A stretch of DNA of 64,000 nucleotides from a virus. Taxonomy: Duplodnaviria; Caudoviricetes. Below, piece by piece: positions 1 to 8,503 of the stretch (position 1 is its first letter; each line of letters begins with the position of its first letter). The notes beneath the pieces are model-generated. The model saw only the letters and a program-made list of their open reading frames with translations, was not told where the DNA came from and made no database searches. Where the stretch lies: IMG/VR virus record IMGVR_UViG_3300027759_000001. One strand, 5' to 3'. The position numbers and the translations under genes are program-made.

Positions 1-2
1 TA

Positions 3-182
3 GAAATTAATCTATTTTTAAATGAACCAATAGATTTCAAATCCTTAAAATTAAAGAAAACACTTAAATTATTAGTAAAAGAAATTTATTCGGATGTTTT
101 GATAAACAACCCTAATTTCAAATTTTATTTAACAAAAACAGGTAATGTTAAACCAATTAAAGTAAAAACGGAAACGGCCTAA
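3..182 (+). CDS. 3' end of hypothetical protein (truncated by window start)
   Basis: Open frame EINLFLNEPIDFKS...KTETA ending TAA at 180-182; not in the ORF track because it has no start codon in the window. Confidence 0.7.
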   Translation, partial: EINLFLNEPIDFKSLKLKKTLKLLVKEIYSDVLINNPNFKFYLTKTGNVKPIKVKTETA

Positions 183-190
183 TATTTATA
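183..190 (+). promoter_or_regulatory. putative late promoter TATTTATA
   Basis: 13 nt upstream of protease ATG; motif recurs before many genes in the gene's orientation. Confidence 0.65.
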
Positions 191-203
191 ACTAAAACTT
201 ATT

Positions 204-932
204 ATGAGTGAATATAAAATTTTAGGGCCTAGAGATACAGGTAAGGGAATTCTTATTGAATACGATGCAGGATATATTAACCCAAAAGAAGGTCGTAATT
301 ACGAGATATTAAAAGAATCATCAAATCATTTGGACCATTCAAAACCATTTGAATTTTATGCAGTTCTGCAAAAATACAACACACCTAACAGAAATGGTAG
401 AGTATACCCTGAGAAGATATTAAAAAGAGAATCAGAAAATTATAGAAAGATGATTGAGAAAGGAACCTCATTATCTGAATTAAACCACCCTGAGTCTTCT
501 TTAATTGATTTAGATCGTGTGTCACACCTAATAACAGATATATGGTGGGAAGGACCTGTATTGTTAGGTAAACTTAAATTGTTAACAAGTCCTGGTTTCC
601 ATGAAAGAGGGATTGTTTCTACTAAGGGAGATTTGGCAGCAAACTACTTACGACAAGGAGTTACTTTAGGTATATCTTCTCGTGGTGTAGGATCCCTTAA
701 AAAGGTGGGAGAACAAAATGAAGTACAAGATGATTTTGAACTTATTTGTTTTGACTTAGTGTCTTCACCATCAACACCTGGAGCTTATCTTTTCCAAGAT
801 AAGAACGATAGAATGAAGTATGAGGAGAACTTAGAAGAAGACAAAAAAATGTCAGTAGATCGTCATGTTGGTGAAAGTGGTAACAAATCGCTTGACTTAA
901 TGAAAAGATTAACCGATTATTTAGATAAATAA
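204..932 (+). CDS. gp21: prohead core protein protease (T4 gp21-like)
   Basis: Motifs NRNGRVYP, SELNHP (catalytic His), GISSRGVGS (catalytic Ser), FDLVSSPS; lies upstream of scaffold and capsid genes. Confidence 0.95.
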   Translation: MSEYKILGPRDTGKGILIEYDAGYINPKEGRNYEILKESSNHLDHSKPFEFYAVLQKYNTPNRNGRVYPEKILKRESENYRKMIEKGTSLSELNHPESSLIDLDRVSHLITDIWWEGPVLLGKLKLLTSPGFHERGIVSTKGDLAANYLRQGVTLGISSRGVGSLKKVGEQNEVQDDFELICFDLVSSPSTPGAYLFQDKNDRMKYEENLEEDKKMSVDRHVGESGNKSLDLMKRLTDYLDK

Positions 933-940
933 AAAAAACT

Positions 941-1156
941 ATGGAACAAGGAGAAAAGTATTTTGTGGCTAAAATCACATCTGATTTATTAGATACTGAA
1001 TCAGGAAAAGTAAAAAAAACAAGAGAAGAAAAATTAGTATTGGGTTATTCACCAACTGATGTTGAGGCAAAAGTTACTAAAGTGTATGAACACTATACTA
1101 TGGATTGGAGAATTACATCAATCACTGAAAGTAAAATTGATGAGGTAATTAGTTAA
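941..1156 (+). CDS. small protein resembling DUF4494 family
   Basis: YFVAKI...KKTREEKLV.GYSPTDVEAKV...WRITSITESKIDEV resembles the DUF4494 pattern from memory; not verified by HMM. Confidence 0.55.
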   Translation: MEQGEKYFVAKITSDLLDTESGKVKKTREEKLVLGYSPTDVEAKVTKVYEHYTMDWRITSITESKIDEVIS

Positions 1157-1175
1157 TTTTTAATTAATTTTTAAG

Positions 1176-1208
1176 ATGGGTATGACATTAGTTGTACCCA
1201 TTTTTTTT
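1176..1208 (+). terminator. intrinsic terminator
   Basis: ATGGGTATGAC-ATTA-GTTGTACCCAT stem-loop followed by T-tract. Confidence 0.85.
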
Positions 1209-1249
1209 GCCTAATAATTAGAAAAAATGAATTTTTTTAATTTACCTAC

Positions 1250-1257
1250 TATTTATA
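1250..1257 (+). promoter_or_regulatory. putative late promoter TATTTATA
   Basis: Follows the terminator, 18 nt before scaffold ATG. Confidence 0.7.
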
Positions 1258-1275
1258 TTGTAAAACAAACTATAG

Positions 1276-2730
1276 ATGAACAAAAAATCAGTTGTTGAAG
1301 ACGCATTATTCCAAATTCGAAGTTTGGAAGAAGCTCTTAAAGAAAATGCAAAAGGAATACTTTCTTCTACAATGAAGAATGAAATCAGCTCATTAGTAAA
1401 AGAATCTCTTAGAGAACAAGAAGAGATTGACGTTGAAGACGAAGAAGAGGTTGTTGAACCTGAAGGTCAAGTAGATGATGTCGAGGATGTAGATTTAGGT
1501 GCAGAACCTATGGCTATGGATGATGACATGGAAGATGACGACATTGAAGACATTGACATGGGTATGGAAGATGAAGATGCAATTGACATGACTGGAGCAG
1601 ATATGTCAGATGTAATTAAAGTTTTCAAATCTATGAGTGATGAAGATGGAGTTATCGTAAAGAAAGATGCGAATAATAACATTACATTATCAGATCCTGA
1701 AACTGGAGCTGATTATTTCATCCAACTTTCTGAACAATATCAAGATGAACTTGATGAACAAGATGAAGATGAAAGTGAAGATCTTACATTAGACGAAACT
1801 TTGTATGAAATTGAAATGGATGACTTCGGTATGTCTGATGATATGGAAGATGAAGAAGAAGAAGAAGAAGAAATGGATTTTGAAGAAAGACCAAGACGCA
1901 TGAGTCGTAGACATAATGAAGAAATGTATGAAACTCCAATGTACGAAACTAATGTTGATGAAACTTTGTATGAAATTGAAATGGATGACTTCGGTATGTC
2001 TGATGAAGAAGAATATGAAGAATTAGATGAAGAAGATTTGGATCATGTAATGGAATCAAAATTTAAAGCTAAAGGAGTTGGAATGGGTTCACCTAAATTC
2101 AAGTACGGACAAGTTATGGATTATAAAACTACCAAACAAAAAGAAGGTAAAAAAATGATCAACACAGGAAGTGCTAAAAAATTCTCTTATAAAGATGGAG
2201 AAAATTTAGATGGTGAATACAGACCAATTAAAAAGAGAAGAGAAACTACAGAAGCTTCACGTACATTAGGTGCAGGAACAAAATTTGGAAGAAATGGTTT
2301 ACCAAAACCAAAAGCAGCTCCTAGACACATTAGTGAAAATGAAGTAGAATTACTAAAATCTAAAAATGAAGAGTACAGAAAGGCTTTGAATCTTTTCAGA
2401 ACTAAATTAAATGAAGTAGCAATCTTTAACTCTAATTTGGCTTACGCAACTAGACTGTTTACAGAACATTCAACAACAAAACAAGAAAAAATAAATATAC
2501 TTAGAAGATTCGACAATGTTGAAACACTTAAAGAATCTAAAAGTCTTTATAAATCATTAAAAGATGAATTCTCATCTGAAAAAACTAAGGAAAACTCTAT
2601 TAATGAGTCATTTGAAAAATCGGTTACTAAAACTCCTGTATCAGGATCAGCCGTTAATTTGATTGAATCTAAAACTTATGAGAATCCACAGTTCTTGAGA
2701 ATGAAAGATTTAATGGGAAAAATAAAATAA
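1276..2730 (+). CDS. prohead core / scaffolding protein (gp22-like position)
   Basis: Very acidic; lies between protease and MCP; many L/I-x-E motifs; C-terminal coiled region LNEVAIFNSNLAYATRLF. Confidence 0.75.
   Translation: MNKKSVVEDALFQIRSLEEALKENAKGILSSTMKNEISSLVKESLREQEEIDVEDEEEVVEPEGQVDDVEDVDLGAEPMAMDDDMEDDDIEDIDMGMEDEDAIDMTGADMSDVIKVFKSMSDEDGVIVKKDANNNITLSDPETGADYFIQLSEQYQDELDEQDEDESEDLTLDETLYEIEMDDFGMSDDMEDEEEEEEEMDFEERPRRMSRRHNEEMYETPMYETNVDETLYEIEMDDFGMSDEEEYEELDEEDLDHVMESKFKAKGVGMGSPKFKYGQVMDYKTTKQKEGKKMINTGSAKKFSYKDGENLDGEYRPIKKRRETTEASRTLGAGTKFGRNGLPKPKAAPRHISENEVELLKSKNEEYRKALNLFRTKLNEVAIFNSNLAYATRLFTEHSTTKQEKINILRRFDNVETLKESKSLYKSLKDEFSSEKTKENSINESFEKSVTKTPVSGSAVNLIESKTYENPQFLRMKDLMGKIK
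1795..2006 (+). repeat. 47-bp exact direct repeat (1795-1841 and 1960-2006)
   Basis: gaaactttgtatgaaattgaaatggatgacttcggtatgtctgatga occurs twice. Confidence 0.95.
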
Positions 2731-2762
2731 AAATAAACTAAAAAAAATAAAAAACCAAAAAA

Positions 2763-4592
2763 ATGGGAGCATTATTAGAATCAGGTCTTGTTGGTAACAT
2801 CGGGTTAAAACACCTTAAAGTTATCAAAGAAGATACTATTAACAAATGGGATAAATTAGGATTCCTTGAAGGCCTTAAAGGCCACCTAAAAGAAAACGTA
2901 GCACAGTTATATGAAAACCAAGCTTCTTTCTTGATTAACGAAGCAACTTCTGAAGGTTCCAACGGAGCATTTGAAACAGTTGTTTTCCCTATCGTAAGAA
3001 GAGTTTTCTCTAAATTGTTGGCTAACGATATCGTTTCTGTACAAGCAATGAACTTACCAATTGGTAAATTGTTCTTCTTTGTGCCTCGTATCCAAGGATA
3101 TGATAATTCAACCGCTAACGGTGGAGAACATTATTCACCAATCGGATCACCAAATGGTCCTGCACCGGCAGACAACGCAGGATACCCAGGTGGAACAGGT
3201 ACATCATACGCTAAAAATCTTTATGATTTATTTTATGAAGGTTCAGAAGCAGCGTTAGATCCTCCAGGATTGTTTGATTACTCTAAAGGTGAATGGACTG
3301 CAGTTACTGCGGCAACAAACGTACAAGTTTGGAGTGGTAGTACCTTAGAAAATGCGGGTAATAATAATTCACAATACACTGCAACTACAGGAACAAGAAA
3401 AGTTATTATCAAAATGTGTGACTTTAACAGAGCTGGTGAAGGTAAATTAATCGGACCTGATGGTAACGAGATGGATACTGAAACTTTCTTATCTGACCTT
3501 AAAATTATTAAAGATTCAGGTTTAACTGTGGCTGGAACATCACCTTGTACTGTTGACGCATCAACACCATTATTGTTTAGAGTTGTTACTCAAATCTACG
3601 GTAAAGGAATCGTTAAATACGGTAGTCAAGCTCAAACTTCTTACGCATCAACAGGAAATGGTGGTTCTTACTACGATATCTGTGACGCAGAAGGTTGTAT
3701 CTATTTAGAGGTTGATTTATCTTGTCCTGTATGTGCTACTTGTGGTACTACATTAGACGGATACACAGGAACAACTTTAAGTGCTATCGCTCAAGCAACT
3801 GCATTTACTGCGGTTTACAGAAGATACAAAAACTTAGAGTTTGAAGATAAAATCGGTGAGGTTTCTTTTGATTTAGAATCAGTAACTGTTTCTGTAACTG
3901 AAAGAAAACTAAGAGCACAATGGTCTCCTGAGTTAGCTCAAGACGTTGCTGCATTCCATAACATCGACGCTGAAGCTGAGTTAACTGCATTGTTATCTGA
4001 GCAAGTTGCAGCTGAGATTGACCGTGAGATCTTACGTGACTTGAGAAAAGGAGCGGCTTGGAACTTACGTTGGGATTACAACGGATGGAGAAGATTGTCT
4101 TTAACAACATCTTACACTCAAAAAGATTGGAATCAAACTTTGATTACTGCGATTAACCAATTGTCAGCACAAATCCACAAATCTACATTGAGAGGTGGAG
4201 CTAACTGGATCGTAGTTTCTTCTGAGATTTCAGCTATCTTTGATGATTTAGAATACTTCCACGTATCTAACGCATCTCCTGAGCAAGATCAGTATAACAT
4301 GGGTATTGAAAGAGTAGGTACTCTTGCAGGACGTTACCAAGTTTACCGTGACCCTTACTTCCCAGCTAACACAGTGTTAGTAGGACACAAAGGAACATCA
4401 TTGTTAGACACAGGTTACATCTACGCACCGTACGTACCTCTACAATTGACACCTACAATGTACAATCCATTCAACTTTACACCTATCAAAGGTATAATGA
4501 CAAGATACGCTAAGAAAATGGTTAATAACCGTTTCTACGGACGTATCACAGTTGATGGAGTTAGAACATTTGACTTGAGAGAATTGAGATAA
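2763..4592 (+). CDS. gp23: major capsid protein (T4 gp23 family) with enlarged insertion domain
   Basis: PIVRRVF...IVSVQAMNLP.G; RKLRAQWSPELAQD.AAFHNIDAEAEL; GYIYAPYVPL; KGIMTRYA. Confidence 0.97.
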   Translation: MGALLESGLVGNIGLKHLKVIKEDTINKWDKLGFLEGLKGHLKENVAQLYENQASFLINEATSEGSNGAFETVVFPIVRRVFSKLLANDIVSVQAMNLPIGKLFFFVPRIQGYDNSTANGGEHYSPIGSPNGPAPADNAGYPGGTGTSYAKNLYDLFYEGSEAALDPPGLFDYSKGEWTAVTAATNVQVWSGSTLENAGNNNSQYTATTGTRKVIIKMCDFNRAGEGKLIGPDGNEMDTETFLSDLKIIKDSGLTVAGTSPCTVDASTPLLFRVVTQIYGKGIVKYGSQAQTSYASTGNGGSYYDICDAEGCIYLEVDLSCPVCATCGTTLDGYTGTTLSAIAQATAFTAVYRRYKNLEFEDKIGEVSFDLESVTVSVTERKLRAQWSPELAQDVAAFHNIDAEAELTALLSEQVAAEIDREILRDLRKGAAWNLRWDYNGWRRLSLTTSYTQKDWNQTLITAINQLSAQIHKSTLRGGANWIVVSSEISAIFDDLEYFHVSNASPEQDQYNMGIERVGTLAGRYQVYRDPYFPANTVLVGHKGTSLLDTGYIYAPYVPLQLTPTMYNPFNFTPIKGIMTRYAKKMVNNRFYGRITVDGVRTFDLRELR

Positions 4593-4614
4593 TCAATTAA
4601 ATACCGAATAAGAG

Positions 4615-4644
4615 AAAGGAGACAAGTAATTGTCTCCTTTTTTT
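4615..4644 (+). terminator. intrinsic terminator after MCP (possibly bidirectional)
   Basis: AAAGGAGACA-AGTAAT-TGTCTCCTTT followed by T-tract; a convergent gene ends at 4643. Confidence 0.9.
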
Positions 4645-4885
4645 ATTTATCAATAGTTTGGTTAGGTTCTTCCAATTTTGACAACACTCTAATGGCTTTT
4701 GATATAACTTCAGATTCACCAATTGTAAACGCTCCACGTTTATGTGATGCTTTAACTGACTCAATTAAATAATATAATGCGTGATCTTTATTCATAGATA
4801 TAAGAATTGCATCTAAATGTTCTTCACTTAGTAAATTGATGGTTCCAAACAGGTTACCAAATAATTCATTTTCTTGTTCTTCCAT
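4643..4885 (-). CDS. hypothetical protein
   Basis: 80 aa ORF filling the gap; converges on the terminator. Confidence 0.7.
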   Translation of the reverse strand: MEEQENELFGNLFGTINLLSEEHLDAILISMNKDHALYYLIESVKASHKRGAFTIGESEVISKAIRVLSKLEEPNQTIDK

Positions 4886-4900
4886 TTTGTATTGTGTTGA

Positions 4901-4908
4901 TATTTATA
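4901..4908 (+). promoter_or_regulatory. putative late promoter TATTTATA
   Basis: 14 nt before ATG 4923; supports the revised start. Confidence 0.65.
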
Positions 4909-4922
4909 ATAGTAGACAAATT

Positions 4923-5648
4923 ATGGATTTAAATCAAATAATAAAGAAAGTTTTATCTGAAGCAACTTCAGATAGTGGTGGGAGTAGAGGTTCATATATT
5001 GCTCCAATGCAATTAGGTATAAGAAAATTTAAAAATTCTCAAAACGGACCATTCACAATATCTGTATCAAAATACGATAGTCCAATGTTAGAATTTGATA
5101 GTTATGATGGATCAATGGATGAAACAAAAAAACAAATCAAAAAAATAGAATCTAAAGCAAAAAAAGTTACAAATTATATTAAAAAACATCCAAATTCAAC
5201 ATTTAGTGATGATGATGGTAATAATATTAACCAAACACCTGGTAAAAATAAAAAAATTGTACCTGTAAATGAGTGGGTTGAGATAACGGATGATACTTTA
5301 ATGGAAGATCTCGCAGTTTGGTTTGGTAAAAAGAAGAAACCTAAAGGGTCTTCTCAACCAAAAGGACCTTGGGTTAACATTTGTAGTAAAGTTGACGGCA
5401 AACACCCTCCCTGTGGACGACAAGATACTTCTAAAGGATCTTACCCTAAATGTAGGGCGGTTGGTGTTGCAGGTAAAATGAGTGATTCACAAAAAAGATC
5501 TGCCTGCCAACAAAAAAGAACCGCAGAAAAAAAAGACACTCAGACAGGAAAAGGACAAAAACCTATTATGACATCATATAAAACAAAAAAGGAATCCGTA
5601 GATTCCTTAGTTAATAATATTTTATTTGAAATTAGAAACTCGTTCTAA
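4923..5648 (+). CDS. putative head-internal protein, basic Cys-containing C-terminal domain
   Basis: Start revised to MDLNQIIKKVLSEA; WVNIC...PPCGR...YPKCR domain. Confidence 0.7.
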   Translation: MDLNQIIKKVLSEATSDSGGSRGSYIAPMQLGIRKFKNSQNGPFTISVSKYDSPMLEFDSYDGSMDETKKQIKKIESKAKKVTNYIKKHPNSTFSDDDGNNINQTPGKNKKIVPVNEWVEITDDTLMEDLAVWFGKKKKPKGSSQPKGPWVNICSKVDGKHPPCGRQDTSKGSYPKCRAVGVAGKMSDSQKRSACQQKRTAEKKDTQTGKGQKPIMTSYKTKKESVDSLVNNILFEIRNSF

Positions 5649-6050
5649 GATATTATGTAGAGAGTTAGTGATTTGTGAATTAACCTCTCCCTCATAATTA
5701 AGTCTTCTCTTATCTGCCTCAAGATCAAAAATATACGTTAATCTTTCCCAATCTCTTTCATGTAGTTTAACATTATAATTGTAAACGTGATTAGTGATTT
5801 CAACTCTACGATCTGTCATTGTTATGAAAATTTTCATATCGTCATTTTTAAGATAACGTTTATCAGACATTGGAGCAATCATAAATTCTGTGTCTCTATG
5901 TTGAATTATTTTAAGACATATTTTAAAACAGGTCTTTTCGTATGATAGGGTTTCATCTTGATAAGTTGGTACAATACCTGAAGATTTTTTTGACCAAATA
6001 TAAAATTTAATTTTTAATCTACTTAAGAATCTTTTTATTCTGTTTTTCAT
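5622..6050 (-). CDS. hypothetical protein
   Basis: 142 aa ORF, normal composition. Confidence 0.75.
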   Translation of the reverse strand: MKNRIKRFLSRLKIKFYIWSKKSSGIVPTYQDETLSYEKTCFKICLKIIQHRDTEFMIAPMSDKRYLKNDDMKIFITMTDRRVEITNHVYNYNVKLHERDWERLTYIFDLEADKRRLNYEGEVNSQITNSLHNILERVSNFK

Positions 6051-6121
6051 ATTTGTATAAAGTTTATGTATCTACAAATATATATAAATTATTTGAATAA
6101 AAAAATATTTTTAAAAAATTT

Positions 6122-6604
6122 TTAACAATATGCTCCTGAACAATGTCTTTTACCATCAAGACCTTTGATTTTTCCTTTACAAACTTGTACTGCGTGTCCG
6201 TTCGAATATGCGGAGGGATATACATCATATTTTGCCTTTGCTGATGCCTTACCTCTTGCGCAAAGAGGTGTACCTACTTTTTTCTTCCCTTCCATCATGA
6301 CCATATCTTCATCATCAATATTCGTAGATGATTTCATACCGTCTCTTGTAGTTTCATTCATCATAAAATCAAATACTTGATCCATATTGTTTTTAGCCTC
6401 AGAAATATGATCTTGAGCCCAATCATGTCCATTATCTAAAATAGATTCAACCTCACTACGATCAAAATTTAATAATAAATCACATTGTCTTCTCATTTGT
6501 TCTAAATTTGAAAAGAACATATATCGTTCACTTTTTTGTTCATTGAGGACTCTTTTTACCAAATTGGTAACGTCCGATTCATTTAATCTTATTATTCTTT
6601 TCAT
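6122..6604 (-). CDS. putative head-internal protein
   Basis: N-terminal IIRLNESDVTNLVKRVLNEQ; C-terminal KYDVYPSAY...C domain. Confidence 0.7.
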   Translation of the reverse strand: MKRIIRLNESDVTNLVKRVLNEQKSERYMFFSNLEQMRRQCDLLLNFDRSEVESILDNGHDWAQDHISEAKNNMDQVFDFMMNETTRDGMKSSTNIDDEDMVMMEGKKKVGTPLCARGKASAKAKYDVYPSAYSNGHAVQVCKGKIKGLDGKRHCSGAYC

Positions 6605-6608
6605 TATA

Positions 6609-7004
6609 TTAATTATTTAATCCGTTAACGCCACCTAATGTGACCATGTCTAATTGAGTTACTGGAGTACCATACCCATCAGTATAAACAGGATGAGGTA
6701 CAGTATTTGTATAATAAAATGCGGTACCATTATTAACGTCCGAAAAACAAGTGTAACAAATTACCGTTTCAGTATTTGCACTTCTTGGTATATCAATAAT
6801 ACATTCATTACAATTATCATATTGGGTGATTGCCGAATATGTTGTTGATCCAGTGGTGCCAGATATTATGGTACCACAAATAGTTTCTCCTGTTAGTCCA
6901 TTACTAAATGAATAAGTTTGTCCCGTTATTGGGGTAAACCTTACACCAAACCCAACTGTGAATTGATTTGATGATGAACATTGTTCTAATATAAAATTTG
7001 CCAT
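6609..7004 (-). CDS. putative virion structural protein (Cys/Thr-rich)
   Basis: 131 aa; CxxC motifs; late motif upstream. Confidence 0.6.
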   Translation of the reverse strand: MANFILEQCSSSNQFTVGFGVRFTPITGQTYSFSNGLTGETICGTIISGTTGSTTYSAITQYDNCNECIIDIPRSANTETVICYTCFSDVNNGTAFYYTNTVPHPVYTDGYGTPVTQLDMVTLGGVNGLNN

Positions 7005-7014
7005 ATCTTTATTT

Positions 7015-7022
7015 AATAAATA
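7015..7022 (-). promoter_or_regulatory. putative late promoter TATTTATT
   Basis: 10 nt upstream of ATG 7004 on minus strand. Confidence 0.6.
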
Positions 7023-7025
7023 TCT

Positions 7026-8483
7026 TTATTTTTTATTTACGATTTGAAATTTAATCTGTCTCTTATAAGTATTTACTTCTCCACTAGAAATGACTTTTAA
7101 ATCTATATAATATTCATTTGGAATCTTATCCCTTGTGTCAAATATAAAATAGTACTCATTTGGAGTTCTATTAAGTTTGGTCCAATCTTGTACTTGCACT
7201 TCGGTTTGACCTTCTCTAACATACACTCTATATTGACCTTCAATTTTTGGCAATTGTTGGTTAGTGGTATATGCTTTCTTGATTATAACACCAACTTTTC
7301 TAATATCGGTATTTAATATTTTTTCATCTTGTTTAATTCCATAATAATCAAAACCATATACCGCAGGATCATTAGTTGTTGTTCCAATTTGAATTGATTT
7401 CTGTAATGGGTATATTACAAATTCATTAATTACATTAGGTAATGAAAAACCATTTAATAAAATGTTTGACCAAGTATCGGTAAAAATACATGGAGTTTTA
7501 TATCCAAGTAATGGTGGTATTATTACCTCATATACACCTTTTGTTACCTGACAAGATGGTAAATTAATAAGACCCGGTATTGGAGTTCCTGTTTGATCAC
7601 CAATTGTAACCAAAGGATTATTATCTAAGTTTTGAAAATCCCCATCTTCAAAGATATATAAGTACAATTTATTAATTTTACCTAATGAAAATGAATTTCT
7701 ATCATCTTCAATTGAATCATTATAGTTTGTTTCTAAGAATGGTTCGTAGAATGTTTGAGTATGTCTTGTAAAAAATCCAACAGAATAATTACCTGTTGTA
7801 CCTGTTAAGTTTTCAACTTGAGGTAAGTAAGCAATTCCCCAACCCGTTACACCTGTTAGAGATCCATTTAAAATAGAGTTAATTTCACTTGTCATATCAA
7901 ACTCTACATTTTCATCACCAAATTCAAAATGTTGTGTATCAATAATTTGTAACTGATTATAATTAAATGACCCTGTGTTTGTATTACTATAAATCCCTGA
8001 TTGTTGCCAATCCGTAATTGTTGTCATTTCCACCCAATTTGATGGTCTATCTGAATAGTTCTTATCACTTGGTATACCAGTTACTTGATCATAGTAATCA
8101 TAACCAACACCCTCATCCCAATTCTGAGAAGTTCCCGATAAGGAATTAAGAGGTATTCTAAATAAGATTAAGTCAAATGACGTTGCTCTTAGTCTACCTT
8201 GAGATGTGGAAGTGTTTAATAATTCTTTATCAAAATAACTTGTATTAGTCATTCTTAAAGTATGAGTCGTATCTGAATTACACCCCAAACTTATAACACC
8301 ATTTTGGTATTTTTCTTTTAATAAAGTAAGATCTAAATCAAAGATAAAACGTGTAAATCCAATTGGGTTTAAAAGGCTTCCATCACCATAAAATAATTCG
8401 GTAACAGGATTTCTCCCTGAATTAACAAGACTATCAGATATTAAAGTATTATTCCTACTGAAATATGAATTATTTATTGACAT
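7026..8483 (-). CDS. putative virion structural protein (beta-rich, Ig-like C-terminus)
   Basis: 485 aa, Asn/Thr/Gly-rich with WDEGVG motif; next to the spike gene; late motif upstream. Confidence 0.6.
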   Translation of the reverse strand: MSINNSYFSRNNTLISDSLVNSGRNPVTELFYGDGSLLNPIGFTRFIFDLDLTLLKEKYQNGVISLGCNSDTTHTLRMTNTSYFDKELLNTSTSQGRLRATSFDLILFRIPLNSLSGTSQNWDEGVGYDYYDQVTGIPSDKNYSDRPSNWVEMTTITDWQQSGIYSNTNTGSFNYNQLQIIDTQHFEFGDENVEFDMTSEINSILNGSLTGVTGWGIAYLPQVENLTGTTGNYSVGFFTRHTQTFYEPFLETNYNDSIEDDRNSFSLGKINKLYLYIFEDGDFQNLDNNPLVTIGDQTGTPIPGLINLPSCQVTKGVYEVIIPPLLGYKTPCIFTDTWSNILLNGFSLPNVINEFVIYPLQKSIQIGTTTNDPAVYGFDYYGIKQDEKILNTDIRKVGVIIKKAYTTNQQLPKIEGQYRVYVREGQTEVQVQDWTKLNRTPNEYYFIFDTRDKIPNEYYIDLKVISSGEVNTYKRQIKFQIVNKK

Positions 8484-8495
8484 TTACGTTTTTAA

Positions 8496-8503
8496 TATAA
8501 ATA
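8496..8503 (-). promoter_or_regulatory. putative late promoter TATTTATA
   Basis: 12 nt upstream of ATG 8483 on minus strand. Confidence 0.65.

Noticed and set aside
3090-3840. MCP insertion as an intein or intron
   Set aside because: No C/S...HN splice motifs, no homing endonuclease, and the frame is continuous; it sits at the known gp23 insertion-domain position.
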